This document shows, in pieces, positions 1-10,295 of a stretch of 52,169 bases of DNA. This DNA comes from an uncultured archaeon (GTDB lineage Archaea > Asgardarchaeota > Lokiarchaeia > Sigyniarchaeales > SOKP01): positions 3,271 through 55,439 of the forward strand of contig CAZWEM010000029.1 in NCBI GenBank assembly GCA_964632315.1. The letters are read 5' to 3'. Made by a program: the position numbers and the translations under genes. Under the pieces are notes generated by a model, which worked only from the letters and a program-made list of their open reading frames with translations, had not been told where the DNA came from and did no database searches. Every line of letters begins with the position of its first letter. Within the stretch, counting starts at the first letter, position 1.

Positions 1-80
1 AATAAGAAGTTAAAAGAGCAATTATTAAATCTAATAGAATAAATGAATAATTGTACCAATTTTAAAGAGAGTATGAGGAT

Positions 81-1178
81 ATGAGTTCTTTAAGAGTTAT
101 TGGAGTTGACCCCGGATCTCTTAGTTGGGATTTTTTTGGAATGGATAATAATAATATAATATTGGATACATCAATTCCATCAAAAGATTTAATTGAAAGC
201 CCAGAAAAAGCAATTTCTATAATTAAATCAGTACAAAATATTGATTTAATGGTTGCCCCTAGTGGTTTTGGACTTCCATTAAAAAATGTAAACGATTTGA
301 CAGAGGAAGATATTTTCTTTACTCTATTAAAATTCAACAAAAATAGTCAATCTCAATTAGTTGGTTTGGGTAATGTTCTTCGTTTGATTCAGAAAGAAAA
401 CATCCCAGGAGTAATTGTTCCGGGAGTGAAACATCTACCAACTATCCCGGTATTTAGAAAAGTGAATAAAATCGATATGGGTACAGCTGATAAATTGTGC
501 ACAGCTGTGTGTGGAATCAGGGATCAAATTGAAAAATTTGAAATAGCTCCTGAAAAAGCTAATTTTATAATGGTTGAAATCGGTTATGGATTCACAGCTG
601 TTTTAGCTGTTGAAAATGGACAGATAATCGATGGAATTGGCGGTTCAAACATAATGGGGTTTCAAGCATGTGGGAGTCTTGATGGAGAACTTGCTTACTT
701 AATCAAACATATTAAAAAAAAAAATATTTATAGAGGAGGAGTATCCTTTATTGCAGGTTATGAGGATTTGAGCTTACAAGAAATAACTTTATTATCGTAT
801 AGGGATGATAGAACAAAGATGGCACTTGATGCCTATTTTTCAAGTGTCCAAAAAGCAGTTTTTGGAATTTCATCTTCATTTTCTTCTAAAGATAAAATTA
901 GGGAGATCCTTTTAGCTGGAAGAGGAGCTGAAATTAATTTAATTCAAAAAAAAATGGATGATATTCTGAACCAAATTGCTCCCGTCAGAATAATGAAATC
1001 ATATAGCCATTTATCTAAGAGAGCAGCGCAAGGAGCAGCATTTATCGCTAATGGTTTAAGTGGTGGAGAATTCAAACCCATTATAGAGAATTTAAAAATA
1101 AAAGAGGCTTCTGGGTCAATATTGGATAATATTTTTATACCATTTGATAAAAACAGTTTTTTGAGTGATTCCTATTAA
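81..1178 (+). CDS. DUF1464-family protein (ASKHA/butyrate-kinase-like fold)
   Basis: N-terminal VIGVDPGS phosphate-1 motif, NKIDMGTADK, VEIGYGF, AAQGAA; overlaps next gene. Confidence 0.8.
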   Translation: MSSLRVIGVDPGSLSWDFFGMDNNNIILDTSIPSKDLIESPEKAISIIKSVQNIDLMVAPSGFGLPLKNVNDLTEEDIFFTLLKFNKNSQSQLVGLGNVLRLIQKENIPGVIVPGVKHLPTIPVFRKVNKIDMGTADKLCTAVCGIRDQIEKFEIAPEKANFIMVEIGYGFTAVLAVENGQIIDGIGGSNIMGFQACGSLDGELAYLIKHIKKKNIYRGGVSFIAGYEDLSLQEITLLSYRDDRTKMALDAYFSSVQKAVFGISSSFSSKDKIREILLAGRGAEINLIQKKMDDILNQIAPVRIMKSYSHLSKRAAQGAAFIANGLSGGEFKPIIENLKIKEASGSILDNIFIPFDKNSFLSDSY

Positions 1179-2745
1179 AATTCTCATTTTAACTGGTCAA
1201 CAAAGCTATCAAATAATAATAGAAATTACAAAACCCATTATTAAACATCAAATTTCTGTTGAAAAGGTTCCGATATCCATATCTGCTTTTCTAACAGAAA
1301 AAATGACACGAGAAATTTTAAAAAAGAAAAGCCTTTCCGAATTCGAATTAGTTTTAATCCCAGGATTTGTTCAATGGGATTCTAGTAAACTAGAGAAGGA
1401 ATTAAAAATTCCAATTAAAAAAGGACCTGAGTTTGCTTCAGAATTGCCCGATATTTTAAAATTTATAGATGAAATACAACTTTCAAATGTTTTACCTGCA
1501 AATAAATTACTGAAAACTACTGGAAAAAATGCCTATTTAAAATTTGTTAAAGAAAGATATGAGGAGGCTAAAAATCAATTAGGTACGCGCACTTTTTATT
1601 TGAATAAAAAGAAGTCAGATTTAATGATTGGGAGGAATTTACCTCCTCCTATAATAGCAGAAATCGTAAATTGCACTGAGAAATCAGATCAAGATATTCT
1701 TAGAAAATTGAAACATTATATAAATTCTGGTGCTGATATTATTGATATTGGGTGCGTTGCGAATAAACCTAACCCAAAAAGAGTTAAAGAGATCATCACC
1801 TTAATTCATAGAGAATCTAATATACTGATCAGTATAGATTCTATGGAATCAAGTGAAATATTTGCTGCTCTTAACAATGACATTGATTTAATTCTAAGTT
1901 TAGATTTAAGTAATTATGAAGAATTCTTAGGCATTGATCGAACAATTCCAATTGTGATTCTTCCTACTCTTATTAATGAAGGGTATTTTCCGAAAGAACC
2001 TGTAAAAAGAATTAATAATTTGTTTAAGTTGACCAAAATATTACAAGAAAATGGTTTCAGGAAATTAATTGCTGATCCATTATTGGAAACTCCAATTACT
2101 CCAGGTATATGTAATTCTTTAGAAGCATATTTTCTGTATAAAAAAGAAACTTCAAAACTAAAGAATCGGAATCTAGAATTACCAATGTTTTTTGGTATTT
2201 CTAATGTTGTAGAATTGATGGATGTCGATTCAGTAGGCATTAATGGTTTGCTTGCAAGTATTGCAATTGAGTTAGATATGGGAATTCTTTTTACAGTAGA
2301 ACATAGCACAAAAATGATGAATGGCGTGGCAGAATTAAAAAGATGTACCAAATTAAACTATTTAGCTAAACAAAAAAGTACACCACCAATAAATCAAGGA
2401 ATTCAAATATTCAAATCAAAGGGAAAAGTTAGCCAATCACTTCCAGAGATTGATTTTGAGAATGCGATTTACGTGAAAGATATGAATCAAAGTTATATCC
2501 TTGATGAAAATGGATATTTTAAACTTTATGTAAATCATTATAATAACGAAATTTATGTTTTATTTTATACAAATGCACATAGTTTAATACATACTTTTAT
2601 TGGAAATGATGCTGAGGCATTATCAAAAAAAATTATCTCTCAAAATCTTACAAGAGACTTTGACCATCTTAATTATCTGGGAAGAGAGTTAAATAAAGCA
2701 GAATTTTGCTTGAAAACGGGTAAACCATACATTCAGGATGAGTAA
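1165..2745 (+). CDS. Archaeal dihydropteroate synthase-like protein with C-terminal DUF4346-like domain
   Basis: GADIIDIG, ISIDS, ADPLL, NVVELMDVDSVGIN, EHSTK; C-terminal GYFK...HLNYLGRELNKAE...YIQD. Confidence 0.8.
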   Translation: MIPIKILILTGQQSYQIIIEITKPIIKHQISVEKVPISISAFLTEKMTREILKKKSLSEFELVLIPGFVQWDSSKLEKELKIPIKKGPEFASELPDILKFIDEIQLSNVLPANKLLKTTGKNAYLKFVKERYEEAKNQLGTRTFYLNKKKSDLMIGRNLPPPIIAEIVNCTEKSDQDILRKLKHYINSGADIIDIGCVANKPNPKRVKEIITLIHRESNILISIDSMESSEIFAALNNDIDLILSLDLSNYEEFLGIDRTIPIVILPTLINEGYFPKEPVKRINNLFKLTKILQENGFRKLIADPLLETPITPGICNSLEAYFLYKKETSKLKNRNLELPMFFGISNVVELMDVDSVGINGLLASIAIELDMGILFTVEHSTKMMNGVAELKRCTKLNYLAKQKSTPPINQGIQIFKSKGKVSQSLPEIDFENAIYVKDMNQSYILDENGYFKLYVNHYNNEIYVLFYTNAHSLIHTFIGNDAEALSKKIISQNLTRDFDHLNYLGRELNKAEFCLKTGKPYIQDE

Positions 2746-2756
2746 AATAAAACATA

Positions 2757-3041
2757 TTATAAAATCTCAAAACAAGTTTTAACATCCATGCCAGGTTCAA
2801 GCAAAGGTAATAATTTTGCCAAAGATTTAGGCAAATTCTTATTATGCACCTTCAATGCTTCTTTGTCTTGATATTTTTCATAAAATATGATGGTATTTTC
2901 CAGACCTTTTACAGTATGCGGAATGTATTCTAAACATCCCGGTTCTGAATCCTTGATTACTGGAACTGCTTCTTTTAATGCTTGTATTGCTTCATCCATT
3001 TTCCCTTCTTTTACTTTAATAGTAGCAATTAGACTTATCAT
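2757..3041 (-). CDS. ABM/putative quinol monooxygenase family protein
   Basis: EPGCLEY and FYEKY..EAL..H motifs; start moved to ATG at 3041 (MISLIATIK), preceded by GTGAG. Confidence 0.8.
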   Translation of the reverse strand: MISLIATIKVKEGKMDEAIQALKEAVPVIKDSEPGCLEYIPHTVKGLENTIIFYEKYQDKEALKVHNKNLPKSLAKLLPLLEPGMDVKTCFEIL

Positions 3042-3088
3042 ACATCTCACTTGATTAAAATCTCGATTATAAAATAAAAAAAGCATCA

Positions 3089-4951
3089 TCAATTAAAAAT
3101 TTCGTGAAGTATCGATCCTTGAGCATTTTTTGGTTCTGGAATTTTAAGTAAATGGGCTAATGTAGGAGCAAGATCAATTAATTCTACCTTGTTCTTAATG
3201 GTACTTCCTTTCCTAATTCCTGGACCATTTATTATTAATGGTACACTTATAGAATAATCACCTAGCTTTGCTTCTGGTAAATAATAAGAATGTGCTCCGA
3301 AAAATATACGAGAAGAATCACAAATTGGACCTTTAAATGCCCTTTTCGTAATGCTGAAAGAATCTAAGGAACTTAGATCTCCATCAAATAATCCATATGA
3401 TGGTTTTAGAAAATAAATCACGTCCCCAATTCTATCTCCATTTAACCCGTACTCACTCGCTTCTTCCCTCTTTAAAGCTGACTGTATGATACTTTCATTA
3501 GTTTCTGGATCTTTTATCTTGTATAATACATCAATTATCTTGTCTCTAATCTCTTCATATTCCTTTTCTTTTACTATTCCATGAGGATCTCGATTCTCTA
3601 GGTTTACCCAGACAAAAGGAGGGTCCATATATGGAAATGCAAGGGTATTTTTCCAGTCAATAATATATTTTTTTTCATTAGAACTCCAATTATATTGAAT
3701 TAAACCTGCTTTACTGAACACTAATGGGATATTTATGATTTTCCATATAGGCATGGCGCCATGATCGGATACAAAAACTACAATGGTATGGTCATCAATG
3801 GATCCTTTTATTAAGTCTCCAACCATTTCATCTACTATTTTGTAAGCTAATTGTACATTTTGTAATGTTTTTTCAGCCTTCTCTTCATTATATAGGGGAG
3901 AATCTTCATAAAGAAATGCTAATGAACTATGATTGATGGTGTCTAAAGGATGATAATGGAAATAACAAATATCCCAATTTAGTTCTTTTTTGGTAAAAAC
4001 CACGGAACGAGCTAAGGTCTTACTTTCTTCTCTAGCAGACTGCAAGAAATTTTTCATATTACCATAAATCATGAATTCAACTTCATGTTCTTCAGGTAAA
4101 TCATATTCAAAAACGTTTTTAATTAAACTTTCAGCCAAATTTTCTGGATTTGTCCAACCTATTAAGTTATAAAGTGCTGAGCATTCGATCTCCATCTTTT
4201 TTTGGGATTTGTCGATTTTAAGAAACTTTAGTCTGAATATGCAAGGCAGAAGACCATCACTAGTGCTAATGTTAATTGAAATCCACTGACTCCACCCTTG
4301 AGCTTCAAAATCTAAATATTCTATTCGATTATCTAATTCAATAGCAATACGATCGTTTCCATTATTTTCATAATAATGAATTTTAATGACTTTTTCTTGT
4401 TTGCCTATTTCTTTTCTTAAACTGAGAATAGCGCTAAAAATAATTGGATTAGATTTGAATTTAGTTCTGGAAGGGATTTCTTCCCCTTCCAACTTTACTT
4501 TAAAGGACCGTTGTATCATTCTAGGTAACGATTCGGGAATAAACCAAGAATATAAACTCATGCCCCCTTTTTTAAATTCTCCTGGCCAGCCTGAAGGATA
4601 ATTCATTATAAAAGGGGTTAATCCATTATTTTGTGCCACATTCCAAATGTATTCTGCTTTACAATTCCGAGATAATTGAGTTCTCGATCTATGCTTCATC
4701 CCATAATCAAGGGGTTCACCAGCTAAGTGCATATAAAAACTAGTGACTCCATGCACTGCAGTTTTTGCTCCTGTTGCAATTGTAGTCCAGTTGGTAGGAG
4801 TGTCACAGGGGGGGCATGGATAAGCTTCACCATAAACACCTGTGTCTATTAATTTCTTGATATTTGGAAGAACTCCTTCATCAATAAACTTGTTAATTAG
4901 ATAGGGGATAGATTGATCTATTCCAATAAGGAGAATCTTTTTACCTTTCAA
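3089..4951 (-). CDS. Alkaline phosphatase superfamily, type I phosphodiesterase/nucleotide pyrophosphatase-like
   Basis: LLIGID, TPTNWTTIATG (nucleophile Thr region), DTINH, VSDHG, GAH, DLAPT. Confidence 0.85.
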   Translation of the reverse strand: MKGKKILLIGIDQSIPYLINKFIDEGVLPNIKKLIDTGVYGEAYPCPPCDTPTNWTTIATGAKTAVHGVTSFYMHLAGEPLDYGMKHRSRTQLSRNCKAEYIWNVAQNNGLTPFIMNYPSGWPGEFKKGGMSLYSWFIPESLPRMIQRSFKVKLEGEEIPSRTKFKSNPIIFSAILSLRKEIGKQEKVIKIHYYENNGNDRIAIELDNRIEYLDFEAQGWSQWISINISTSDGLLPCIFRLKFLKIDKSQKKMEIECSALYNLIGWTNPENLAESLIKNVFEYDLPEEHEVEFMIYGNMKNFLQSAREESKTLARSVVFTKKELNWDICYFHYHPLDTINHSSLAFLYEDSPLYNEEKAEKTLQNVQLAYKIVDEMVGDLIKGSIDDHTIVVFVSDHGAMPIWKIINIPLVFSKAGLIQYNWSSNEKKYIIDWKNTLAFPYMDPPFVWVNLENRDPHGIVKEKEYEEIRDKIIDVLYKIKDPETNESIIQSALKREEASEYGLNGDRIGDVIYFLKPSYGLFDGDLSSLDSFSITKRAFKGPICDSSRIFFGAHSYYLPEAKLGDYSISVPLIINGPGIRKGSTIKNKVELIDLAPTLAHLLKIPEPKNAQGSILHEIFN

Positions 4952-4960
4952 TTTACATTC

Positions 4961-6091
4961 CTAATAACGTTTTATAATATTATATATAGTGTCTCTTTGA
5001 GCGGGTTTTTTACCAGCTAATCTTATGATTTCTATTATTTCTTTTGGACTTAGATATTCTCCAAATTCTGCTCCAGCACTTTTAGATATATTTTCTTCCA
5101 TTAAAGTACCAGAAAAGTCATTTACACCAAAATTCAGTGAGATTTGAGCTAATTTCGGGCCGAGTTTAACCCAAGAACATTGGATATTGTCAATATAATT
5201 TTGGAAAAAAATGCGCGCTACGCAAAAAAGTTTTAGATCATCCATTCCATAACTCGCTCTCAAGGGAAAACCTTCTAACCTTGAAAGCAAGGGTTTTTCT
5301 TTCACGAATGGTAATGGAACAAATTCGGTAAAACCGTTTGTATCTTTTTGAATGTTACGTATAACTTCCAAATGATCCATTATATCCTCAAGACTTTCAA
5401 TATGGCCATACATGATGGTTGAAGTTGTTGGAATCCCTAATTTATGTGCTTTTTTTATCACATTTATCCATTGATCTGTACTGAGCTTATTTGGACAGAT
5501 AACTTTTCTTACTCTATCCACCAAGATTTCTGCGGCTGTTCCTGGCATTGAATCTAGCCCAGCCTTTTTTAGCTCGATTAAAGTATCTTCTAACGAAGCT
5601 TGATACAATTTCGACATATACCATACTTCTTGAGGTGAAAAAGCATGAATATGAATATCTCTACTCACAGCTTTTACTTTTTTAAGAATATCGAGATAAT
5701 AATCAAAATTGATATTGGGATTAATACCTCCTTGCATGCAGACTTCTGTACATCCATTATTTTTAGCTTCTTTTACCTTCTCACTTACTCCATCTAAAGA
5801 AAGTAAAAATGCATCTTTCTGCTTTGAGGAAACGCTAAAAGAACAAAATTTACATGATTGGTAGCAGATATTCGTAAAATTAATATTTCGATTGACGACA
5901 AAAGTAACAATATTCTTTTTTATTTCATAACATAAATGGTCCGCTACCTTTTGTAATGAGAAAAATTCCTTGTTGGTGGTTTTTAGTAGTTCAATTGCCT
6001 CATCTTTATTGATTTCCTCAGAATCTAATGCCTTTTTTAATATTTTCCTTATTTTAGGGTTAATGTGATCCAGAGAATTAGTTTCAAGCAT
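4961..6091 (-). CDS. cofH: FO synthase subunit CofH (radical SAM)
   Basis: NRNINFTNICYQSCKFC, QGG, HAFSP, SMPGTAAEIL, TIMYGH, EFVPL, EENIS; adjacent to cofG. Confidence 0.92.
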   Translation of the reverse strand: MLETNSLDHINPKIRKILKKALDSEEINKDEAIELLKTTNKEFFSLQKVADHLCYEIKKNIVTFVVNRNINFTNICYQSCKFCSFSVSSKQKDAFLLSLDGVSEKVKEAKNNGCTEVCMQGGINPNINFDYYLDILKKVKAVSRDIHIHAFSPQEVWYMSKLYQASLEDTLIELKKAGLDSMPGTAAEILVDRVRKVICPNKLSTDQWINVIKKAHKLGIPTTSTIMYGHIESLEDIMDHLEVIRNIQKDTNGFTEFVPLPFVKEKPLLSRLEGFPLRASYGMDDLKLFCVARIFFQNYIDNIQCSWVKLGPKLAQISLNFGVNDFSGTLMEENISKSAGAEFGEYLSPKEIIEIIRLAGKKPAQRDTIYNIIKRY

Positions 6092-7192
6092 CTAAATAAT
6101 ATCATGTATTCTTTTTTTAATATTTTCTGAAATAAAACCCCGTTTCTCTATATATTTATCATAAACAGGTAACCTTTCCTTCAAGTGAAAACCATAGCGT
6201 TGACATATTTTGCTTAACTCTTCTATTTGAGGCCATGGATGTTCTGGATTTATGAAATCTTTTGAAAATGGTGAAATCCCACCAAAATCATCTATACCAG
6301 CTTCTAAAAATTCTTTTTCATAACCTCTAATCAAATTAGGAGGAACTTGAATCGGGATTTCATTATTAAAAATTATATTGGCAATTAACGTAATTTGTAA
6401 TAGTTCCTTAACTGATGAGGGTTTTTTAGGTTTATATGGAATTCCCTCTTTGCATGTAAAGTTTTGTAAGATAACCTCTTGAATATGCCCGTACTCTTCA
6501 TAAATATTATTAATAATTAACAAATCTTTAATTCGATCTTCGAATGATTCCCCTATACCAATTAATAAACCAGTTGTAAATGGAATTTTTAGTTTTCCTG
6601 CATTTCTAATATGATTCAGCCTTATAGAAGATGCTTTAGAAAGAGAAAATTGATGAGCCCCTCCCTCTTCTAATAATTTCAAGCTGGTACTTTCCAGCAT
6701 TAACCCCATACTAGCATTATATGGCTTTAACTCATTTAATTCATCAAAAGATAGTAAACCTATATTTGTATGAGGTAAAAGATTACTCTCAAGTAGAGTG
6801 GAACTAATTTTTTTGATAAAATCTATGTAACCATTGAAATTTCTTTCTTTAAGCCTATTTCTAACGATCTCAAACTTTGCGGGATTTTCACCGGACATTA
6901 GTAAAGCTTCCTTACAATGATATTTTAATCCTTGTTCAATAAGATTATTGATTTCTTCACTCTCAATTAGAACATTATTTGCCTTTTTATCTGATTTTAA
7001 AACACGATGATTATAAAAACAATATCCGCATTGGTTTTGACAATAATTGGAAATTGAGAGCGTAAAATTTTTTGAAAAAGTGATTATTTTTCTCTCTGTC
7101 AGTGGTTTTTGATTTTGAATGTCATCGGATAGATCTCTTAATTTCCTAAGAGACAAGTTTTTTAATTTTAAGATTTTTTCCTCTTCTAACAT
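6092..7192 (-). CDS. cofG: FO synthase subunit CofG (radical SAM)
   Basis: TFSKN, CQNQCGYC, LPHTN, SMGLMLE, IPFTTGLLIGIGE, QVPPNL, DDFGGISP, NPEHPWP. Confidence 0.92.
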   Translation of the reverse strand: MLEEEKILKLKNLSLRKLRDLSDDIQNQKPLTERKIITFSKNFTLSISNYCQNQCGYCFYNHRVLKSDKKANNVLIESEEINNLIEQGLKYHCKEALLMSGENPAKFEIVRNRLKERNFNGYIDFIKKISSTLLESNLLPHTNIGLLSFDELNELKPYNASMGLMLESTSLKLLEEGGAHQFSLSKASSIRLNHIRNAGKLKIPFTTGLLIGIGESFEDRIKDLLIINNIYEEYGHIQEVILQNFTCKEGIPYKPKKPSSVKELLQITLIANIIFNNEIPIQVPPNLIRGYEKEFLEAGIDDFGGISPFSKDFINPEHPWPQIEELSKICQRYGFHLKERLPVYDKYIEKRGFISENIKKRIHDII

Positions 7193-7872
7193 GAACTCAC
7201 TCTTTTATAGTTTAAAAGAACAAAGTTATCCCTCTTTTTGACTTTAACAAGAGAAAACTGAGTACTTTGTGACATTTTTGAAAATCCTTCCCCCTCAACT
7301 AAACTGACGGCATTTTTACCTCCAACGATCCACGGAGCAATGGTGAGCCTTATTTCATCAACTAGATTATGCTTTAAAAAAGACCAATTTAAAGTTCCCC
7401 CTCCTTCTAATAAGAGAGATTTGACCCCTAAATCACTAATTTTTGGCATTAATTTAAGAATATCGACCCTTTCTTGTGTCCCTGATCTTAAAATTTTAAC
7501 CCCTTTATCTTCATATGATTTTTCTCTCTCTTTAGTTACATTTTCAGTTGTACATATCACAGTTGGGTACAAATTCGGCTTAAAATTGATAGCATTTGAT
7601 TCAATGGGTATACTTAATTTACTATCAATTATAATCCTATAATATCCTTCATGATCAAAATACTTGATATGGAGTTTGGGGTCGTCTTTTATAATCGTGC
7701 CTTTTCCAACCAATATCGCATCAACTTCTGTTCTTAATTTATGAACTGCTTTCCAATCTTCTTCGTCTGAAAGTTCTGGATCCCCATTCTTAGAAGCAAT
7801 CTTTCCATCGATTGTCATAGCAGCACTTAATATAATATATGGTTTTTTAGTTTCGTTTATGAATCCGAACAC
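7186..7872 (-). CDS. arfC: 2,5-diamino-6-(ribosylamino)-4(3H)-pyrimidinone 5'-phosphate reductase (Rib7/RibD_C)
   Basis: AAMTIDGKIA, VHKLR..DAILVG.GT...DDP, LLEGGG.LN, APWIVGG; no deaminase domain. Confidence 0.88.
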   Translation of the reverse strand: MFGFINETKKPYIILSAAMTIDGKIASKNGDPELSDEEDWKAVHKLRTEVDAILVGKGTIIKDDPKLHIKYFDHEGYYRIIIDSKLSIPIESNAINFKPNLYPTVICTTENVTKEREKSYEDKGVKILRSGTQERVDILKLMPKISDLGVKSLLLEGGGTLNWSFLKHNLVDEIRLTIAPWIVGGKNAVSLVEGEGFSKMSQSTQFSLVKVKKRDNFVLLNYKRVSSC

Positions 7873-9007
7873 CTCTGATATAAACTTTTTTAATATTGCT
7901 TGGATTTACTCTCTGCATTAAGAGAGGAAAAATCCCATCCTTTTCTAAACTTGGGACAAATAGGTTAGAGTCATTTAAATCTACCATGAAAAAATTAGCT
8001 AGCTTTCCTTGTTCAATTGAACCCATTTTCTCTTCAACTTCAAAATTTTTAGCCGCATTGATGGTAATCATTTTAATCAGAGTTTTAGCTTCAATCTTTA
8101 TATTTTTGTTAAAAATTCTAATGACACGATAAAGATACCTTAATTCTTCAAATAAATCAGGACTATTTGCCATGAAATTATCTGTTCCTATTGAAATATC
8201 GAATCTTTTCTTTAAAATATCTATAATAGGTGGAAATCCAACTCCAAAATATCCGTTACAGCGAGGACATATAACTAATTTCATATTTTTATTGCTGATT
8301 TTTGCTAAATCTTTCTCAGCAAGATGCGTGCCATGAATAATTACATCTACTATTTGTTCTTCAACCATTCGATTAATTAATTTAGCGTTTCTCTCTTCTT
8401 CTGCTGAATGACATGCTATTACCTTTTTTTTATTAAGCTTACTATGCTTAAGTTCTTTTAGAACTCTCTCATTGACTACATCATATGAAACTAAGCCAAT
8501 TCCATCTGCTTCTAAATATACAGATGTAAGATCTTCAGTATTTTCAAAACGTCCCAATATCATACCATATATTGGGCTTTCCTCTAATGCCTTTTTAAGC
8601 AAGGCTATTCCCTCTAAGCCTCTCTCTCGAAAATCAACAAAATATGTTATACCATTATGGATCATTTCTTCTAATCCTTTCTTTATTCCAATTGATTTTA
8701 TTTCTGAAGGGGTTTCTTCAAACAATTTATGTTTAATTCCAAATGGTGGAGCGACTACCTCTCTTAAGTTTCTATTAAATCCTTTTTCTTTTGCAAAATT
8801 ATCACCAATGTGCACGTGTGAGTTAATCAATCCAGGTATGATCATCATTTTTGTTGATATGTTCATTACATCTAAAGGATATTCAATGGAATCGCATGTT
8901 ATTTCAGAGATTTCTCCTCTCTTATTGACCTTAATTCTTATATTTTTCTTAAATTCGAGATCTTCACCAATTAGCCCAAAATCACTAAATATAATATTTT
9001 CAACCAT
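7847..9007 (-). CDS. Metal-dependent amidohydrolase (deaminase-like)
   Basis: PGLINSHVHIGD, DFRE, HSAE, IHGT, CPRCN, GTDN, TINAA; overlaps arfC start. Confidence 0.85.
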   Translation of the reverse strand: MVENIIFSDFGLIGEDLEFKKNIRIKVNKRGEISEITCDSIEYPLDVMNISTKMMIIPGLINSHVHIGDNFAKEKGFNRNLREVVAPPFGIKHKLFEETPSEIKSIGIKKGLEEMIHNGITYFVDFRERGLEGIALLKKALEESPIYGMILGRFENTEDLTSVYLEADGIGLVSYDVVNERVLKELKHSKLNKKKVIACHSAEEERNAKLINRMVEEQIVDVIIHGTHLAEKDLAKISNKNMKLVICPRCNGYFGVGFPPIIDILKKRFDISIGTDNFMANSPDLFEELRYLYRVIRIFNKNIKIEAKTLIKMITINAAKNFEVEEKMGSIEQGKLANFFMVDLNDSNLFVPSLEKDGIFPLLMQRVNPSNIKKVYIRGVRIHKRN

Positions 9008-9239
9008 ATTTACTTAGGAACTTCTATTAAAACGTTCTAAAATGTAATTAATATTCAATAAACCAAACTTATTATAAATTTTACGGATTATTTAAAGTAG
9101 TTTTTAATTGTATCAAGCTTTTTTTTAAATTAAAGCACGTTAAAGCGCTATTAAATAATAAAATGATGTTTTAGATCTCATTTTTATTGGAAATTCTCAA
9201 GAGAAATTAAAATAAATTACTCATTTTACTGAAAAAAAA

Positions 9240-10202
9240 TTATTCCTCTAAAATCAGTTTTCTAAGTTCAGAATATTTTAATTTTAACTCACAATAAACA
9301 TTATACGGATGAATGGATTCGAGACTCTCTACTTGGAAGATAATTTCACCTTCCCCCAAATCGGGAAAATCTTTCGCAATAAAATTTCTCGCCATTCCTC
9401 TCACGATATCTTCTGCAAATAATGGATTAAGGTGTGCTGTCCTTACTAATTGGGCCTCATCAGGACGCTTCAAGATACTCTGAATTCTCCCGCTCATTGA
9501 TTCTTCAATTACATCAATTAGTTCAAGAACATCAATTTGTTGTTTGTTAATATCTTTAACTTGCACATTAATAGAACCAATAGACCTTTGATTGTGAGAT
9601 GCAAAGGGTAAAATATTCAGTAGAGTCTTCATATCTTCAGAGGAAATATTAATATCATCCCTATTTTTTAATACTGATTCGGCATACTCTTTACTGAGAT
9701 CGATAGCACAAGGACAGCACGACATTCCCATTGCTTTAGCTCCTATATAATATTCAAATTCTTGTACACCTGATTCATTCTTTCTACCATATACTATTGA
9801 ACTAACATCATAAGATTTCTGGATAACCCTATGTTGATTTTCCTTCAATTGTATTATCATCTTTCCTTCCAATTTTACTTCAATCTTAGATGTATAGGGA
9901 TGTTCTTTAAACAATTTCCTAGCAATCCTGTCAGAAACAGCTTCAATTGTAGTTGCTGGTTTATAAACACTTTCATTAATAACTTCCTCGATTGTTTCAC
10001 TACTCCGACTCATATGTATGCCTCTCTGATTCGGTGGAAGCGAAATTAAAGCTGAAATTCTAGGATAAAAGGAATATTTCTTGTTTTCTTGGACAATTTC
10101 AACCTTTTTATCAACACCAATAATTCCAACTTTATCTATACCTAAAGAGATAAAAGAATCGGAATTTTGTAAATCCTTTTTGAACTTTGGGATGAAAATC
10201 AC
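9240..10202 (-). CDS. mptA: GTP cyclohydrolase IV MptA (FolE2 family)
   Basis: RGIHMSR, CCPC, SHNQR, LKRPDE, NPLFAED, ESIH. Confidence 0.9.
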   Translation of the reverse strand: MIFIPKFKKDLQNSDSFISLGIDKVGIIGVDKKVEIVQENKKYSFYPRISALISLPPNQRGIHMSRSSETIEEVINESVYKPATTIEAVSDRIARKLFKEHPYTSKIEVKLEGKMIIQLKENQHRVIQKSYDVSSIVYGRKNESGVQEFEYYIGAKAMGMSCCPCAIDLSKEYAESVLKNRDDINISSEDMKTLLNILPFASHNQRSIGSINVQVKDINKQQIDVLELIDVIEESMSGRIQSILKRPDEAQLVRTAHLNPLFAEDIVRGMARNFIAKDFPDLGEGEIIFQVESLESIHPYNVYCELKLKYSELRKLILEE

Positions 10203-10295
10203 ATTTTTATTGTATAATTCCTAAATTGAAAAATTCTCGATTGCATATAAAATATTTTTAGAAAACTTATAGGAAGCGAGCAATAAATAAAATTT

